Assembly: GCF_009914755.1 (NCBI RefSeq)
Contig: NC_060928.1
DNA from: the human T2T-CHM13v2.0 reference genome, Homo sapiens
DNA: 64,000 bases
Reading direction: 5' to 3' (one strand)
How positions within the stretch are numbered: position 1 is the first letter of the stretch; every line of letters starts with the position of its first letter. A program made the position numbers and the translations under genes. This document shows, one piece after another, positions 1 to 14,734 of this stretch. The notes below the pieces were generated by a model that had not been told where the DNA came from, made no database searches, and saw only the letters and a list, made by a program, of their open reading frames with translations.

Positions 1-971
1 TTTTGAAGCAGATCTTTACCTTCGATTGAGTCTTAAGAAGATAATCTAGACTTTCCTGAAAATACATGGGGCATTATTGTATTGCTTTAGATTGAAGCAA
101 GCCATATGGTTTATTAGACTGATTTCTATGGATTTTCCCGTCTCCCAATTGTCCCACACCCAGCTTAGCAACATGTTGGAATTGAAAAGGAATTCTACTT
201 TCCAGGCAGCTTTCTTTCTTCCTTAAAAAGATCCTTTATTTAGCTAAGATTTTTCCCCCCACACATTGCCATGAACAAGAGAAAACCTAAGAAAATAGTT
301 GAATCAAACCCTTGCCTTCTAGCCCAGCTATAGACAATGCTACTGGATCTAAGGGAAAGTGACACTATAAAGGTTTTGACGATTAGCTTTTTTAAAAAAA
401 TCATTCTCTTTCCCTTTGACAGCTGATAGCCGAAAGCGATGGCTGAATGGAAAGAGATGTCTATAAAATGTCACATAACAAATTGTGTGACAAATTGCAG
501 AGTGATAACATCCTGATGGCAGCCTACTCCTGCTTAATTCAATAAGGGAAAGTGCCTCTGATTTCCCACCTTGTACTGAGAAGCACACATTTCTATTTTG
601 AGGAGAAAAGCCTTGATCTTTTTAAAGAACCATTTTTTAAAATTTTATGCTTTGCTAAGTTTCTCACTGCTTTTAATTTTAAAATCTTCCGTTTTAATTT
701 TTATATATTGAAATATAAAAATCATCTGATATCAAAAGAATTATGTAATCTAGTCTAGTTTTGCATGTCTCATACTTAGATTTTAAGTAGAAGCAAGCAT
801 CAAAGGCTCTGGTAGGGATTGAGATCAACCAACTCATTTTTAGGGTTAGACATTTGAGGATAAGATAAATGGATGCCCCAAGCAGATACTCAAAAGTAGT
901 TCATCTCTCCTGACTCCTAGCAAATAATAGGCATCCTCCTTTAAGTAATCTTAAAACGTCATTTGAAATCA

Positions 972-1355
<384 letters not shown>

Positions 1356-2022
1356 TTACAGTACCCTGCTTAATTAAGTACTGAATCATATGAGGCAGGG
1401 GTTAGGGAAAAGAACAAAATATGAGAAGACGGTGTGGTAGAAGGCAAAACTGTTTGATAAATAAAATAAGAACTGTTAACATAGAACCATATGTTTCTTC
1501 CTCTAAGACTAACAGGAAAACAGTGGTTGATTATGACAAGGATTCCTTTTGCCCAATCACAGCACAAGTCCAAATGGAAAGTGTTAATCAGGTCTACTAA
1601 ACCCAAAGCATATTAGACCTCCTTGGTCTAAGCCTAGACCAATAGCCATTGATTTTTTTTTTTCTGAAATCCTTAGAATTTTCAGTTAGTAAGTATATCT
1701 ATTTTAAATTATTTTCATGGTAATGTTACGTGGTGAAAGTGTTACAGTGAAATAAGCCTGCTTATTGTTAATTCACTGTTCTTAAAAAGCCACACTTTTC
1801 TTCTGATTGAATACACCTGTTTCCTGAGCACCTGAAATAACATTTATATACTTTAGCAATGTCAAGGTTTGTCAGAATTTTTGACAGAATATACTGTCAG
1901 AATTATTACAAATTCATGTTTATATGTGTCTCAGATATGCAATGGTGAAATCCCACTTGCTATGTGGAATTTAAATTTTGGGGCAGGGGAAAATTTGCTC
2001 TAATTTGATCTTATAGTCTTAA

Positions 2023-2400
<378 letters not shown>

Positions 2401-4560
2401 TAAGGCAGTTTGATTCATTTTAGAAAATTTGAACGAGAAAATAATAAGCCAATGGAGGAAAAATATCATCTGAAGAAATTTTGAATGCATTAAAAGTTGG
2501 AAATTTTTGATATTTGTGTTGAACAGTGGATAGTTTATTACATTATTCTTTGGGATCTAATAAAAGTAGACAATAAAGACAGATATCTTCCATTTTAATG
2601 GAAATGTATTATTCAGAAATGTATTATTAATATTTATATACTGCTGCTCCATTGTTATTCAGACATTTGAAAAAATTCTTTACATTTCTCTATGTACTAA
2701 ATGTACAAGTGTTAAGCAGAATCATAGGTGAATAAAAGGTACTCAATTTGAGGAGTACCCTGTTCCGACTGTGTCTGCAACATTTTTATTTTAGGGAAAA
2801 ACAAAGTGGTGTGCTTATTGATTCTGCAGAAGGCATACACACGAGAGGGGAATAGGTAATAAGTAGAAAGATGATCTTGACAGGCTGAATTAAATTTGGC
2901 TAAACTAAATTTCATGATTAGGTTGAAGAGACTGGCTTTTCAAAAATTTATATGGAATAAGTCTAAGGGCTTTAATGCAATTGTTGAAAAATATAATTAA
3001 ATCAATGTCTAAATGAACAGTGGTTTCATGAATCAAGGAAGATTGGGCTCCAGCTGCCTCACTTTTAAAGTGTCCACATGAGTCTGTGCGTGAGTCAGGC
3101 TGGCATGAACTTGAGTCTCTAGGCAGGCTTTGGAGGCTGTGCTGGGTGGGGGGAGGGTCACAGAACGATATGGTAGAGACACTATGGTGAGTTTCCAGGT
3201 GACTACCAGCAGCAACAGGAAAAGTTACTGACATGTACTTGAGGTTTATTTTTTTCTTTCATCTCGTGGAACTCATCCCAGTGGCCCTTAGGGTTAATGC
3301 TCTTAAATATACCAAATTTATGCTTTAAATTGACAAGAAGATGTATAAATAACAGTTGCAGCTAGAAGCTTCAATATTCCCTCAAGATGTACCTGAATTT
3401 AAGAAACATAATATCTAAATAAGACTGTTTCTCAGTGCTGGGTTTTTAACCATCTGGTTCACAATTGTCATCAGAAAGAATGAAAACAAGTCCATCCTAG
3501 AAATAAGGGGTTTAAGACTTCAGAACTGTACAACAAAATGGGATGTGGTGTCTATTGCCCTTTTGTTCAGCAAAATGCCAACTCAGATGACCTCACTTCT
3601 AGTTCTTACCCCCCACATATGTTCCCAGCATTCTTCATTTTTCATACCTAATATAGTCCTTCATGCTCTGCCACTATTTAAAGCTAAAACTTTCACTCAA
3701 TCCACCAAAAATAGGCAAGAAAAACAACATACAAATACAAATTTATATTCCACAGTTATACAGTGGAGAACAGTGAAGCTTATTTGAACAAAGTTTTTGT
3801 TGTTTCATAATACCCTAACTTATTTGACGTACTGGCTAAAGGTAGAAATGATCAGAACACTTTTTGAGATTGTTAGTTGGCATATTTTAACATATGTAGT
3901 GAAATCCTACTCAGTCTGATCTTTATTAGCCATTTCTCCCCCTTTTATCTACAGAAATAAACTCTCAACACTCTTTCTTTTATCTTGGACTTTTGCCACT
4001 CTTGGAAAAGCAGAAAAATTTCCTTTTGACTTCCCAACTACACGAACTCTTTCAGGGCAGCCTGGTTTTAGCTCCAGGGTAGTCTGCCATGATGCTCAGG
4101 GCCATGGATCACCTTACAGATCCAACCTGGGCCTCTTGTTCGCATCGACTCTACCCTGGGACTCAGCCTGTTCTCCTTCAGGTCCACAGGTAGAGAATGT
4201 CTGTGTGGACATCTTCATGGACAGAGATACCCACTGACTTCTGATCTGATACCTACTGACTTCATTTCCATTTCTTCTTTTATAATGGAGCGTAAAAGCA
4301 CTTTGTCATCTGTGCTGCAGCATTTGGTAAAGGAAATCCAGAACCCACGCTGGGACCACATGCATTTACATTGATTCTAGTTAATTATGTTTGAGTGGAG
4401 TGATCGCTTTTCTATAGTACATAGAAAATGTTAACATGAACTATTATTATTGGGATGTTGGCTGTCTGCCATTCCTAACACAGAGCAGAGGGTAAGAAAA
4501 TGTCACTCATATTGGGAGAGGGCAAACAATAATGGATGGGCCAAAAAGTTAGCAAATTTC

Positions 4561-4858
4561 TTTCTTTTTTTTTTTTTTTAGACGGAGTCTTGCTCTGTTG
4601 CCAGGCTGGAGTGCAAGTGGCGTGATCTCAGCTCACTGCAACCTCTGTCTCCCAGGTTCAAGTGATTCCCCTGCCTCAGCCTCCTGAGTAGCTGGGACTA
4701 CAGGCACGTGCCAGCACGCCCAGCTAATTTTTTGTATTTTAGTAGAGACGGGGTTTCACCATGTTGGCCAGGATGGTCTAGATCTCCTGACCTCCTGATC
4801 CACCCACCTCGGCCTCCCAAAGTGCTAGGATTACAGGTGTGAGCCACTGTGCTGGGCC
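4561..4858 (-). mobile_element. AluSc-like element
   Basis: Antisense Alu with Sc-type features (gttgccagg, ccaggatggtct). TSD is gcaaatttct on both sides. Confidence 0.95.
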
Positions 4859-4912
4859 GCAAATTTCTCTTTTGTGGGAGAAGCCACTTTAGAAGTATAT
4901 ATCTACATACCT

Positions 4913-5360
4913 TGTCTAAGTCAATGTGTTGCTATAAAGGAATACCTGAGGCTGGGTAATCTATACAGAAAAGAGGGTTATTTGGCTCTCGGTTCTGCAG
5001 CCTGCACGGGACGCATGGCACTGACATTTGCTTGGGTTTTGGAGAGGCCTCATGATGCTTCCACTCCTGGTGGAGGGGAGAAGGTTAAAGGGAGCCGGCG
5101 TGCAGAGATCCCATGGCGAGAGCAGAAGCAAGAGAGAGCAGGAAGGTGCCAGGCTCTTTTCAACAATCAGCTCTCAAGGGAGCTCCCCCAGGAATGAATA
5201 GAGCAAGAACTCACTCACTCTCCCTCTGCCAGGGAGGACACTAATCTATTCATGAAGTATCTGGTCCCAAGACTCAAACACCTCCCATTAAGCCCCATCT
5301 CCAATTGGGGATCGAATTTCAACATGAGATTTGGAGGAATCAAATATCCAGACCATAGCA
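4913..5360 (-). mobile_element. MST-family (MSTB-like) MaLR solo LTR
   Basis: tgtctaagtc...gctataaaggaatacctgaggctgggtaat...caacatgagatttggagg...ccagaccatagca matches the antisense MST consensus. Confidence 0.88.
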
Positions 5361-6952
5361 CACATCAATAGCGAGGAAGTGGCAGAGTCAGAGTTCAACA
5401 ACCTATGTTTTAGGGGACTTCCAGGTATGTGCTCTTAATGTTACATGACTTTTTTTTTTTTATTGTACTAAAGTGGGAGTCGGTGTTAAGCCTTGTGTGG
5501 GAAGGTATGCTTGGGCAAATCACTTCACTTCGATGAGCCTGAGTTTTAAAGTTTATAACATGAAAGACTTGATTTAAAATATAAAAGCACATAAGGGACT
5601 TTTATGGTTTGAAATTTTGCTAAATCTAGGAAAGGTATATTCAACCAACAAACATTTGTTGACCTTTAATGTGCAAACCACTATGCTACTGTCATGATTG
5701 TACATATCAAGCAGAAACTAACTGGAAGCCAATATTTAATGACTCATTCACATATTAAAATTCAGAAAAAGGAGATGGTTAAAGACCCGTGCTTCTGATA
5801 GCATCATGATGAGATGGGATACATATTAACACATGTCCAAGCCACCATCCTGACAACCAAGCTGTCTCCCTCTTTGTTGTCTGCTTTACTTAACTCCAGA
5901 TATAAGATCTAGAGAATCGTTTATATATTACATGTCTTTCTATATTATCTCCAGTGCCCTACCCTTGAGCTTCTCAATTTTAGAATTTGATCGTTCCTAA
6001 AATAGAATCCATTTTATAAATCTGCACCAGAAGAAACAGACAGAACTTCAGTCCATCAATTTTCATTAATTTTTAAAGCTTTTTTCATGAGTAGTGTGGT
6101 AGGTACATTGGAGGTAACAAGAATCATTGATTCTTTTTTTATTCTGTTAGAATTTACAGTAGAGGAGAACTTCAAAACAGGTATCTCAATCATGGAGGCA
6201 GCTTGGCATTCCAAATATTACGTTTTTGCATAGCTCCTATTTTAAAGAGTAAAAGTCTATTGGCTTTTGAAGGAAAAAAAACTAAAAGATCTAAGCAGAC
6301 TGTACTCCTAGCCAATATTCTCATCACATTTTTCTTACTGGCTGAATCAGTCATGCCATAACTTGCTAAATGACAATAGCATGGGAAGTACAATGACAAT
6401 TTGAGTTATTTTTCATGTGGATGGTTGTTGTTCTGTGCTTTGATTACTGTTGAGAAATGTCGGCATCAGGCTCACAAACAATTGCCAAGGTCTTATGACC
6501 CACAAAAACTTCAATCAGCCTGTTCCCATGTTCAGATGTTTTGGAATTTGGATGTTTACTTTACATAAATTATGATTTAATATTATGGCTATTTGTAAGG
6601 CTACTATGTGATAATTGTATCATTAACTTCAAATGATTAAGAAAAGCAATCTGAATTAGGGAGAAGTGAGTTATAAAGTGCTTGTGAAAAAAGGCAACGT
6701 ATTTTCCTTCAAAAATACAGATTAACTCTAGGTCAAGGCAATAACACCTAAAATAAATCCTACAGGGTCCTAGTTTAATGAATACATAAGAATGATTTGT
6801 ACTTCTAACATCAATTCATATGGAATGAATGCTTCTAAAAAGGTTTATTTTGTGTAGTATAAGTATGCTAGCACTTTGCTTAAGAATCTAGCTTTTAATA
6901 TCATCAAAAGTAAAGACAGCCTAGACTCTCACTGAATTACCTCAATTTCTAA

Positions 6953-7407
<455 letters not shown>

Positions 7408-7823
7408 CATTCATTCATTATTCAATTCATTAATCAAAAAGTTTGAGAGCCCATTCTACTCCACAAATTACCCTGGATGTTCCCTCTCCCTCAACTCTCC
7501 ATGTTTTGAGAAATAAGACAAGAAACATTCAGCTCTGGGAAGGGCAGCATGCTTCTATCTCAGTCCCACAGTTCATTTGCCCAAGAGACTTGGGCATGAA
7601 AGATAAGCATTTCTAGTCCTTTTGATTTTGCACAGGTCAGATATAGGTTAGGCACAGGTTAACACAGAGTGGGCAGATGGGAGTCTCTGACCAGCTCATG
7701 CGGTGCAGGAGTTATACTGTTGCTTCACTTTCCCATAACAGCAATGGATCCGAAATGGATGATGATGTTCCAGTGTCACACAGGTAGGGGCAGCATGGCA
7801 GATAAACGTGAGAGAAAAAGCAG

Positions 7824-7888
7824 TGTGTGCATGCACATGTGCACATACACAAACACGTGTGCCCATGCACAGGCACACGTACACATGC
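7824..7888. repeat. Alternating purine-pyrimidine (CA/TG-rich) tract
   Basis: tgtgtgcatgcacatgtgcacatacacaaacacgtgtgcccatgcacaggcacacgtacacatg. Confidence 0.7.
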
Positions 7889-8125
7889 TGTTGTGTTCCC
7901 CACCCAGTTGTCTCAAAGGCCACGAGTTTGTGGATTTTATCTTCCTAGTTCAGTACAGGACTACCCAGAAGTTGGTCGATATTAAAGCCTCAAAGGAATC
8001 ATAATATCACTTTTGTCCAGATTTTATTTTCCAATCCTCTCTTTGTTTTATCAAAAACATTTTAGGAGTACATTTTTTCAGATGGATTATGTAAACACTG
8101 GACCTGTTCGTTAAAAAAATTTCTT

Positions 8126-8378
<253 letters not shown>

Positions 8379-9179
8379 TTAATATTGATATGTTCTATAT
8401 GCAAACATGAATGGGGGTTTTCTGTTTTTTCACTGCTATACACTCAGCCTCTAACAATATCTGGTACATATTATTTACCCAGTGAATATTTATAGAAAGA
8501 AGATGTCCTCATTTACAGACATGATGGAATGACTCCCATCGTGAAGTGGTTTGTCAGGGAGAGTTAGACAAAGGGGCTTGAGGATTCCCCTCATTTGCCA
8601 TTACAGTCCACCCCTTGGCTCTTCTAGTCTATTGAGGGCCTTTCTTCTGAGTTGTTATTGGACATCTTGAATGTAATGGTGTCCCTAGACACCAGTTTAC
8701 ATTGTCTTCCAGCATATGTCACTTGAGGAATCTCTAGATGATTTAGAGGTGTCAGGCTAACAAATCCACACTCATTCCTGAAAATCCCTGGAAAATGGCA
8801 AAGATAATTGAGCTGATATTTTGGCAATTGGCAGGATGATTTTGTTTGAAGTCTGAAGTGTATTTTAAGAAGTTATTTAGGTTTCCTGAATACCAACAGT
8901 ATCATGAAAATATTATGCTTGCCACGTTGATTTAATCAATCAATTCTAAATCACCAAATTATATCATACATTTTAAACAAAAGCATTTTTACTATTGAAC
9001 CCTAAACATGAATGTGACTTGTGATTTTTGTTTTTCCAAGAGAAGACTAATACAAATATTCATTTTAGAAAAATTCTCAGTACATGGGCTGTTTGTATAT
9101 ATCTTACCACTTCATATCCCAACCAAAATCAGATCCACAAACAGCAAGCAAACAAACCCTTGACTCTTTTCTCTTTTAG

Positions 9180-9800
9180 TTAGTTGTAATATAACATAAG
9201 TGATATTGATTGTAGCAATGGAGAATGATTATTGTTACTTTGGGGGTTGTGTCTCAAGTATACACAAATGGATAAACCACAATCCTTGGTGCATGACAAG
9301 GTCATGTACATCCCCCTCCCTCCTTTCCTTCCTTCTGTCACTAAACATCTACACACCAACCATCTAAAGCCAAAGATAGACCTTCGTAAGGACCTGTGTC
9401 TATCCAGATGACTTCTGCTGTTATAACATCCCTCAGCTCCATGCATTTGAGTAGCCATCATTCTGAATTCCATGCTTATCATTCTCTTCCTTTCCTGTTC
9501 ATATAATTTCATTGTATTTATATGTCTTCTAAAAGCACATTTATTTTAGTTGTTTTAATCTTTATAATGATATAATGCTGCATATAATTACATTGCTAAG
9601 ATTCATCTATATTGTTGGTTATCCCTGTAGTGTGTTCACTTGGTCTCCTATATAATATTTAATTTTGTCAAAATACCACATTTTGTACATCCACTTCCTG
9701 TTCAGGGGCATTTGGGTTGCTTCTAGATTTTTGCTATATTGGAGAGTTCTGTCATAAACACGTATGTACATGTTTCTTAATGCTTTTCTTGTGGATTAAC
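9180..9800 (-). mobile_element. Old L1 (L1M/L1ME-type) 3' fragment
   Basis: Degenerate antisense L1 motifs (gggcatttgggttgcttctagatttttgctat; ccatcattctgaattcc). Boundaries are approximate. Confidence 0.6.
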
Positions 9801-9829
9801 TGCTTGGCAGATAATTTAAATGATATAGC

Positions 9830-10100
9830 TCCTACTTAAAAAGTATTTTCTATGTGCCAAAAACTGATCTAAGAATATTTACAGATATTACATGTATATT
9901 AATTACATATGTGTTACATATATATTACATATTACACATATATTAATTGACCTGAGGCCTCACAACAACCAAACAAGCTAAATACTATTGTTATCTTATT
10001 TTACTGCAAAGAAACGCCAAACCACAGGGAAGGTACAAGGTCACACAGCTATTAAGTAGTGAGTGAAGCTTGGGAATGCAGGCAGTTTGGCTTCAGAGTT
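9830..10100 (-). mobile_element. MIR with an internal AT-rich expansion
   Basis: cctcacaacaacc...aaggtcacacagct...ggcagtttggcttcagagt. Confidence 0.7.
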
Positions 10101-10398
10101 TTTGTACTATAATGTCTTTCTTGGATCTAAGGACATAAAGGATTGCAACAGTTTATAACACATAACTTAGTTATTGACCAGAATTTGAGTGTGAGTCTGT
10201 CATAATCAGGATTAATCAGGTACAGTACACCCTGTAATGAGCAATATTGGAAATGCTCATGTATACTATAATTACTCTAAGACAAATGTCATAAACATCT
10301 TTGTTTTTTTTTTTATCATGGGTACAAGGCACATAAATTTATTTCAATAGGACAGCTGCTGTTTTTGATGCTTGTTCTCACAATTCCTTGGTGGTAGT

Positions 10399-10748
10399 TG
10401 TATTTGTTTGTTCTCATGTTCCTAATAAAGACATACCCAAGACTGGGTAATTTATAAAGGAAAGAGATTTAATTGACTCACAGTTCCACATGGCTGGGGA
10501 GGCCTCACAATCATGGCAGAAGGCAAAGGGCATCTTACATGACAGCAGGCAAGAGAGCTTGTGCAGGGGAATTCCCATTTATAAAACCATCAGATCTCAT
10601 GAGACTTATTCACTACCACAAGAACAGCACGAGAAAGACGCACCCCATGAGTCACTTACCTCCCACCGGATCCCTCCCATGACACGTGGGATTATGGGAG
10701 CTACAATTCAAGATGAGATTTGGGTGGGGACACAGCCAAACCTTATCA
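10399..10748 (-). mobile_element. THE1 (B/C-like) MaLR solo LTR
   Basis: tgtatttg...gacatacccaagactgggtaatttataaag...ggggacacagccaaaccttatca. 5-bp TSD is gtagt/gtatt. Confidence 0.93.
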
Positions 10749-11810
10749 GTATTTCTCTGTGTTTCTCACAAACATCCCTGAGCACTTTATTGTTATCACC
10801 CACCATAGGATGGTCAGGCCCATCTTTCTTCCCCTTGAAGGAGCCCAGGCTTCTCCTAGGCTTCAGTGTTAAGGGCACAGTGGGTTCTGGGTGACCCTCA
10901 TAAAATCAGATCATGAATTTAAGGCAGAGCCGACTTGGGCTCTCACTCTCCAGGGGAGATGTTCTTAGATGAACAAAAATTCTCCTTAGTCAGAAAAGCA
11001 GCATCCTCATCAATGTATGGAATTGTGGCAAACATATTAAGCATGTCGTTCCTTAAGTTAATATCTGTCACTACACAATAACTCACGATAAATAAATGTG
11101 GTCAAGAAACTATATTGTCACAGGTACATGTAATAGATAAAGACAGGGAGCACAACCAGCGTTTGTTTAACTTTGCAAGGATCAAACCATCATCAGAACC
11201 ACCCTTTGTGTCTTCATTAATTTTTTGTTCATGCTGATTCTGAATGTTTAGTCTCAAGAGGAATTATGAGCCATCAGATTGGATGAGTCACCTTTTAGTT
11301 ATAATCACAGGAGCATTCAAAAATGAAATCACTTTATTCAGCTGGATGAACCTTATAAAAAGTAAATGACTTCATATACATTTGGCATAAGGCTAATGAG
11401 CTATTTTTAGTTTTTCCTGGAATTATCTTAGCCCTTCTTTCCGCCCTCCATGATGCCTGCCTCCATTTTACCCCTTCCCAGTGCTTTCTTGGTCATGCTA
11501 ATCAAAAAGGAAAGGGGGAAGAAACATGTGGTTTTGATAACCTTCAAATCATTAAGGCAAGGGGGAAAAGGCCCACAAAAGGTGGCTCTGAAACGTGGAG
11601 CGCCTTTCCAAGATCCAAATAAAGTGTTTTCTAGAGAGTTTCATGTTATTTTTATCATGACTTTTATAATCTACTACTATCTTTTAAAATCTGCATTAGA
11701 ATATTATTTCTGGATCTCCAATCTTTATATCTATTTCTACGTGGGTATGACTGTATGTGTCCCTCAAAAAATTTCAATTCAGTTCTTGTGAACCAGAGAA
11801 CTCTTCAACC

Positions 11811-12088
11811 TTTTCTCTTTTTTTGAGACGGAGTCTCGCTCTGTTGCCCAGGCTGGAGTGCAGTGGCGGGATCTCTGCTCACTGCAACCTCCGCCTCTCG
11901 GGTTCAAGCGATTCTCCCTGCCTCAACCTCCCAGGTAGCTGGGATTACAGGCATGCACCACCACACCCAGCTAACTTTTGTATTTTTTAGTAGAGATGGG
12001 GTTTTGCCATATTGGCCAGGCTGGTCTTGAACTCCTGCCTCGGCCTCCCAAAGTGTTGGGATTATAGGCATGAGCCGCTGTGCTGGCC
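11811..12088 (-). mobile_element. AluS with a ~19-bp internal deletion
   Basis: Antisense Alu whose junction actcctg|cctcggcc lacks the acctcaggtgatccgccc segment. Confidence 0.95.
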
Positions 12089-12090
12089 AA

Positions 12091-12094
<4 letters not shown>

Positions 12095-12133
<39 letters not shown>
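12095..12133. repeat. Poly(T)39 mononucleotide run
   Basis: Uninterrupted T run directly beyond the Alu 5' end. Confidence 0.95.
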
Positions 12134-12135
<2 letters not shown>

Positions 12136-12674
12136 TAAAAGGAAACTAAAGTTACAATAAAGAAATAAAGAAACTTACATTTTGTTGACACTAAATGGCA
12201 GGTTTCATACAAAGACTAATCTTTTTTATTAGGGTAGGAATAATTATTGGTGACTTTCTCTGCCAATTTTCCAAGTGTTGGTAATACATGTTGTTACTTT
12301 TTAAATGTGTTTTTGTTACTTTTAAAATGAAATGAAAAAGACATATAAATTATAGCATACATGTCTACCCCTACATTTAAAACAATATATTCCTATGATA
12401 AGGCAGAAAAATTAACCTACCCTTCCCTAACACAAACTTCCCTTTAATGCCTGTGGCCATCTGTAGATCCTGTCCTCTGTTAGCAAACTCCACTCATTTG
12501 CTTTTTGAAGTTGAGTTCAAGATCCTCCCATCTCCTCACCTGCCCCGTCACCCACATCTCTGCATTACTGTAGGCTCACTGCATGTGCCCTTCATCTGAC
12601 CTTGAATCTAGGCTGTCTTGCAACATTTCTGATATTACTGCCATTTAATTTAACTTTTTATATGCATTGCCTTT

Positions 12675-12778
12675 TTTTTTTTTTAAAGACTAGTCAAGTG
12701 CAGTAGTGAGAAGGAAGAAAGAGTGGAACAAGGAGTTCAGCTGTAATTGACTAAGGTGACTCACTCTGTGGACCAGCC
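12675..12778 (-). pseudogene. RNY1 (pseudogene copy): Retrotransposed Y1 RNA (RNY1) pseudogene with an internal deletion
   Basis: Reverse complement reads GGCTGGTCCacagAGTGAGT...GAACTCCTTGTTCcACTCTTTC..CCTTCTCACTACTGCACTTGACTAGTCTTT plus poly(A), matching the hY1 5' and 3' ends. 12-bp TSD is tgcattgccttt (12663-12674 / 12779-12790). Confidence 0.93.
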
Positions 12779-12825
12779 TGCATTGCCTTTCTGGCTACAT
12801 TGGTAAGTATGTTAAGGAGAGGGAC

Positions 12826-12885
12826 AAAGTCACTTGAAGTTTTTGGCCTCGGTTTCCTCATCTGTAAAATGAAGGGAACCAGGCC
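12826..12885 (+). mobile_element. MIR core fragment
   Basis: caaagtcacttgaa...ggcctcggtttcctcatctgtaaaatg. Confidence 0.75.
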
Positions 12886-12894
12886 TCCGAATGT

Positions 12895-13042
12895 TGTTAA
12901 TCCAACACCTATAACTCTTTTTCCCAAGGTTGAAGATCCCCAGTAATATTTCAGCTTGCTTTCACTAGATGTTAATCCAACACCTATAACTCTTTTCCCC
13001 AAGACTGAAGATCCCCAGTAATATTTCAGCTTTGCTTTCACT
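12895..13042. repeat. Tandem duplication, 2 x ~75 bp
   Basis: tgttaatccaacacctataactctt..cccaag..tgaagatccccagtaatatttcagctt(t)gctttcact starts at 12895 and again at 12970. Confidence 0.95.
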
Positions 13043-13773
13043 CAATGTTCCCTGACTCAGAGATCTCAAACCCTAAGGGAGAGGCAGAGTGTCCTTCAGT
13101 CTTGACGCCTGGGAGCTGTGGATGCCTCATTGTTGCTCGTCTTGCGACATAAAATAACAGCATGCTAGTGGCCAAAAGGCATGAAGTGTTCAAACTTATT
13201 CAAAGTTCAAAGTGTTCAAACCTTTTATGTACATGATTCTTTAAAACGAGGGAAAAGGGAATTGCTCTGTTCTCAATCGACTGTGTCTGAGTTCTTAGGA
13301 TTTATATTAGATCCACACTCCCCCCCAAATTTTGAAGATGGAATGAATGTGTTTTCTCCTATATTTACCACTCAAGTTTTTTCTTTCCTACATGCTGACT
13401 GTTTGTGTCATGGTCATTAGATTCTAGTACTGAAGGGGTTTTGGTTTTTGCCTTTGTTCTCTGTGTGAGCTATGCAGTGGCTTTCGTGCTGAAGGAGGGA
13501 GCTCCTGTCTCATCAGTTTCAGAACTTGAGTGATGGATTCGTCGTGGCTGCTGATGGTAACGGTGGGCACTGGCCAGCCTGTTGCTCATGCAGCGTGGGA
13601 GGTGAGCGGGCACAGTGCCCGTGGAGAGGTGGTGCTGCCTGATGAGCTTAGGGAAACCCGGTAAACACCGATGTGCTCTCCCAGATGCAAACTGAGTCAC
13701 ATCCCTGTCAGGAAACTGCAAATAAATCGTGTGCAAAACGGAACAAGGATCCTATTCATTAATTTGGGATAAC

Positions 13774-14100
13774 TTTATTTTATTTTTTATTTTTTTTAGA
13801 GACAGGGTCTCTCTCCATTGCCCAGGCTGGAGTGCTGTGGTGTGATTATGGCTCACTGCAGCCTTGACTGCCTGGATTCAAGGGACCCTCCCACCTCAGC
13901 CTCTTGAGTAGCTGGGAGTACAGATATACACCATCACACTCAGCAAATCTTTTCATTTTTTTTTGTAGAGCTGGGGTCTTGCCTTGTTGTCTGGGCTGGT
14001 CTTGAACTCCTGGCCTCCCATCTCAGCCTCTCCCATCTCATCCTCCCATCTCAGCCTCTCAAAGTGCTGGGATGACAGGCATGAGCCACTATGCCTGGCC
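13774..14100 (-). mobile_element. AluJ with a local triplication in the left arm
   Basis: Diverged antisense Alu (agacagggtct; cactgcagccttgac). ctcccatctca occurs three times at ~14015-14053. Confidence 0.92.
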
Positions 14101-14734
14101 CTGACATGAGACTCTTAACCAGGCCATTTTACAACCAATTTCATGCATTCTACAATTAAACAAGATAGTAATTGTGTAACAGATCTAGACAACTTTTTCA
14201 TACAGATATTTATTTTCCCAAGTTCAACTAGGGCTAGAGCGGTTTGTAGAAATGTATAGGTCTAACCAATGCTTCAGTTCACATGGTCTCTTGCTGTACA
14301 GCAACAGCCAGGTGAGTTCTAAGTGTCAAAGTGCCCACAAAAACTGCAGTGTAAGTGAAGCTAATCTTTGGTGTCTAACATATTTTTACTGTGTATTCAC
14401 TTCCCTTCATCTTTTTGCATTATTTTCTGTCTCAAAGCAATCTGTTCTACATCCTTCCCCATCCAAATTCCCAACATATGTTGGGGTTTAGGCAATAATA
14501 TTTGAGGCAATCGTAGAGGAACGTCCAAATGTGTTTGAATGAGGGGCTGTTTAACCTCATTTAGAGCTATTTGAAGATTCAGAAATGTACTTCTGAAGCC
14601 CGGGTCTGTCTTTAAAAGGCCAGACTTGGTATATCAGCACCTATTCAGCACACGCACAAGCTGCCCAACACCACACTCAGCTGACCGTGCTCCCCCCCAC
14701 CTATCCTCTCCACTGATGGAGTTTCATTTTTCTA

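Noticed and set aside
12685-12778. A functional RNY1 gene
   Set aside because: It has an internal deletion, a poly(A) tail and a TSD, and no recognisable upstream PSE/TATA.
13155-13175. Possible CTCF site (TGGCCACTAGCATGCTG on the minus strand)
   Set aside because: Only the 5' half matches; the G-rich core is missing.
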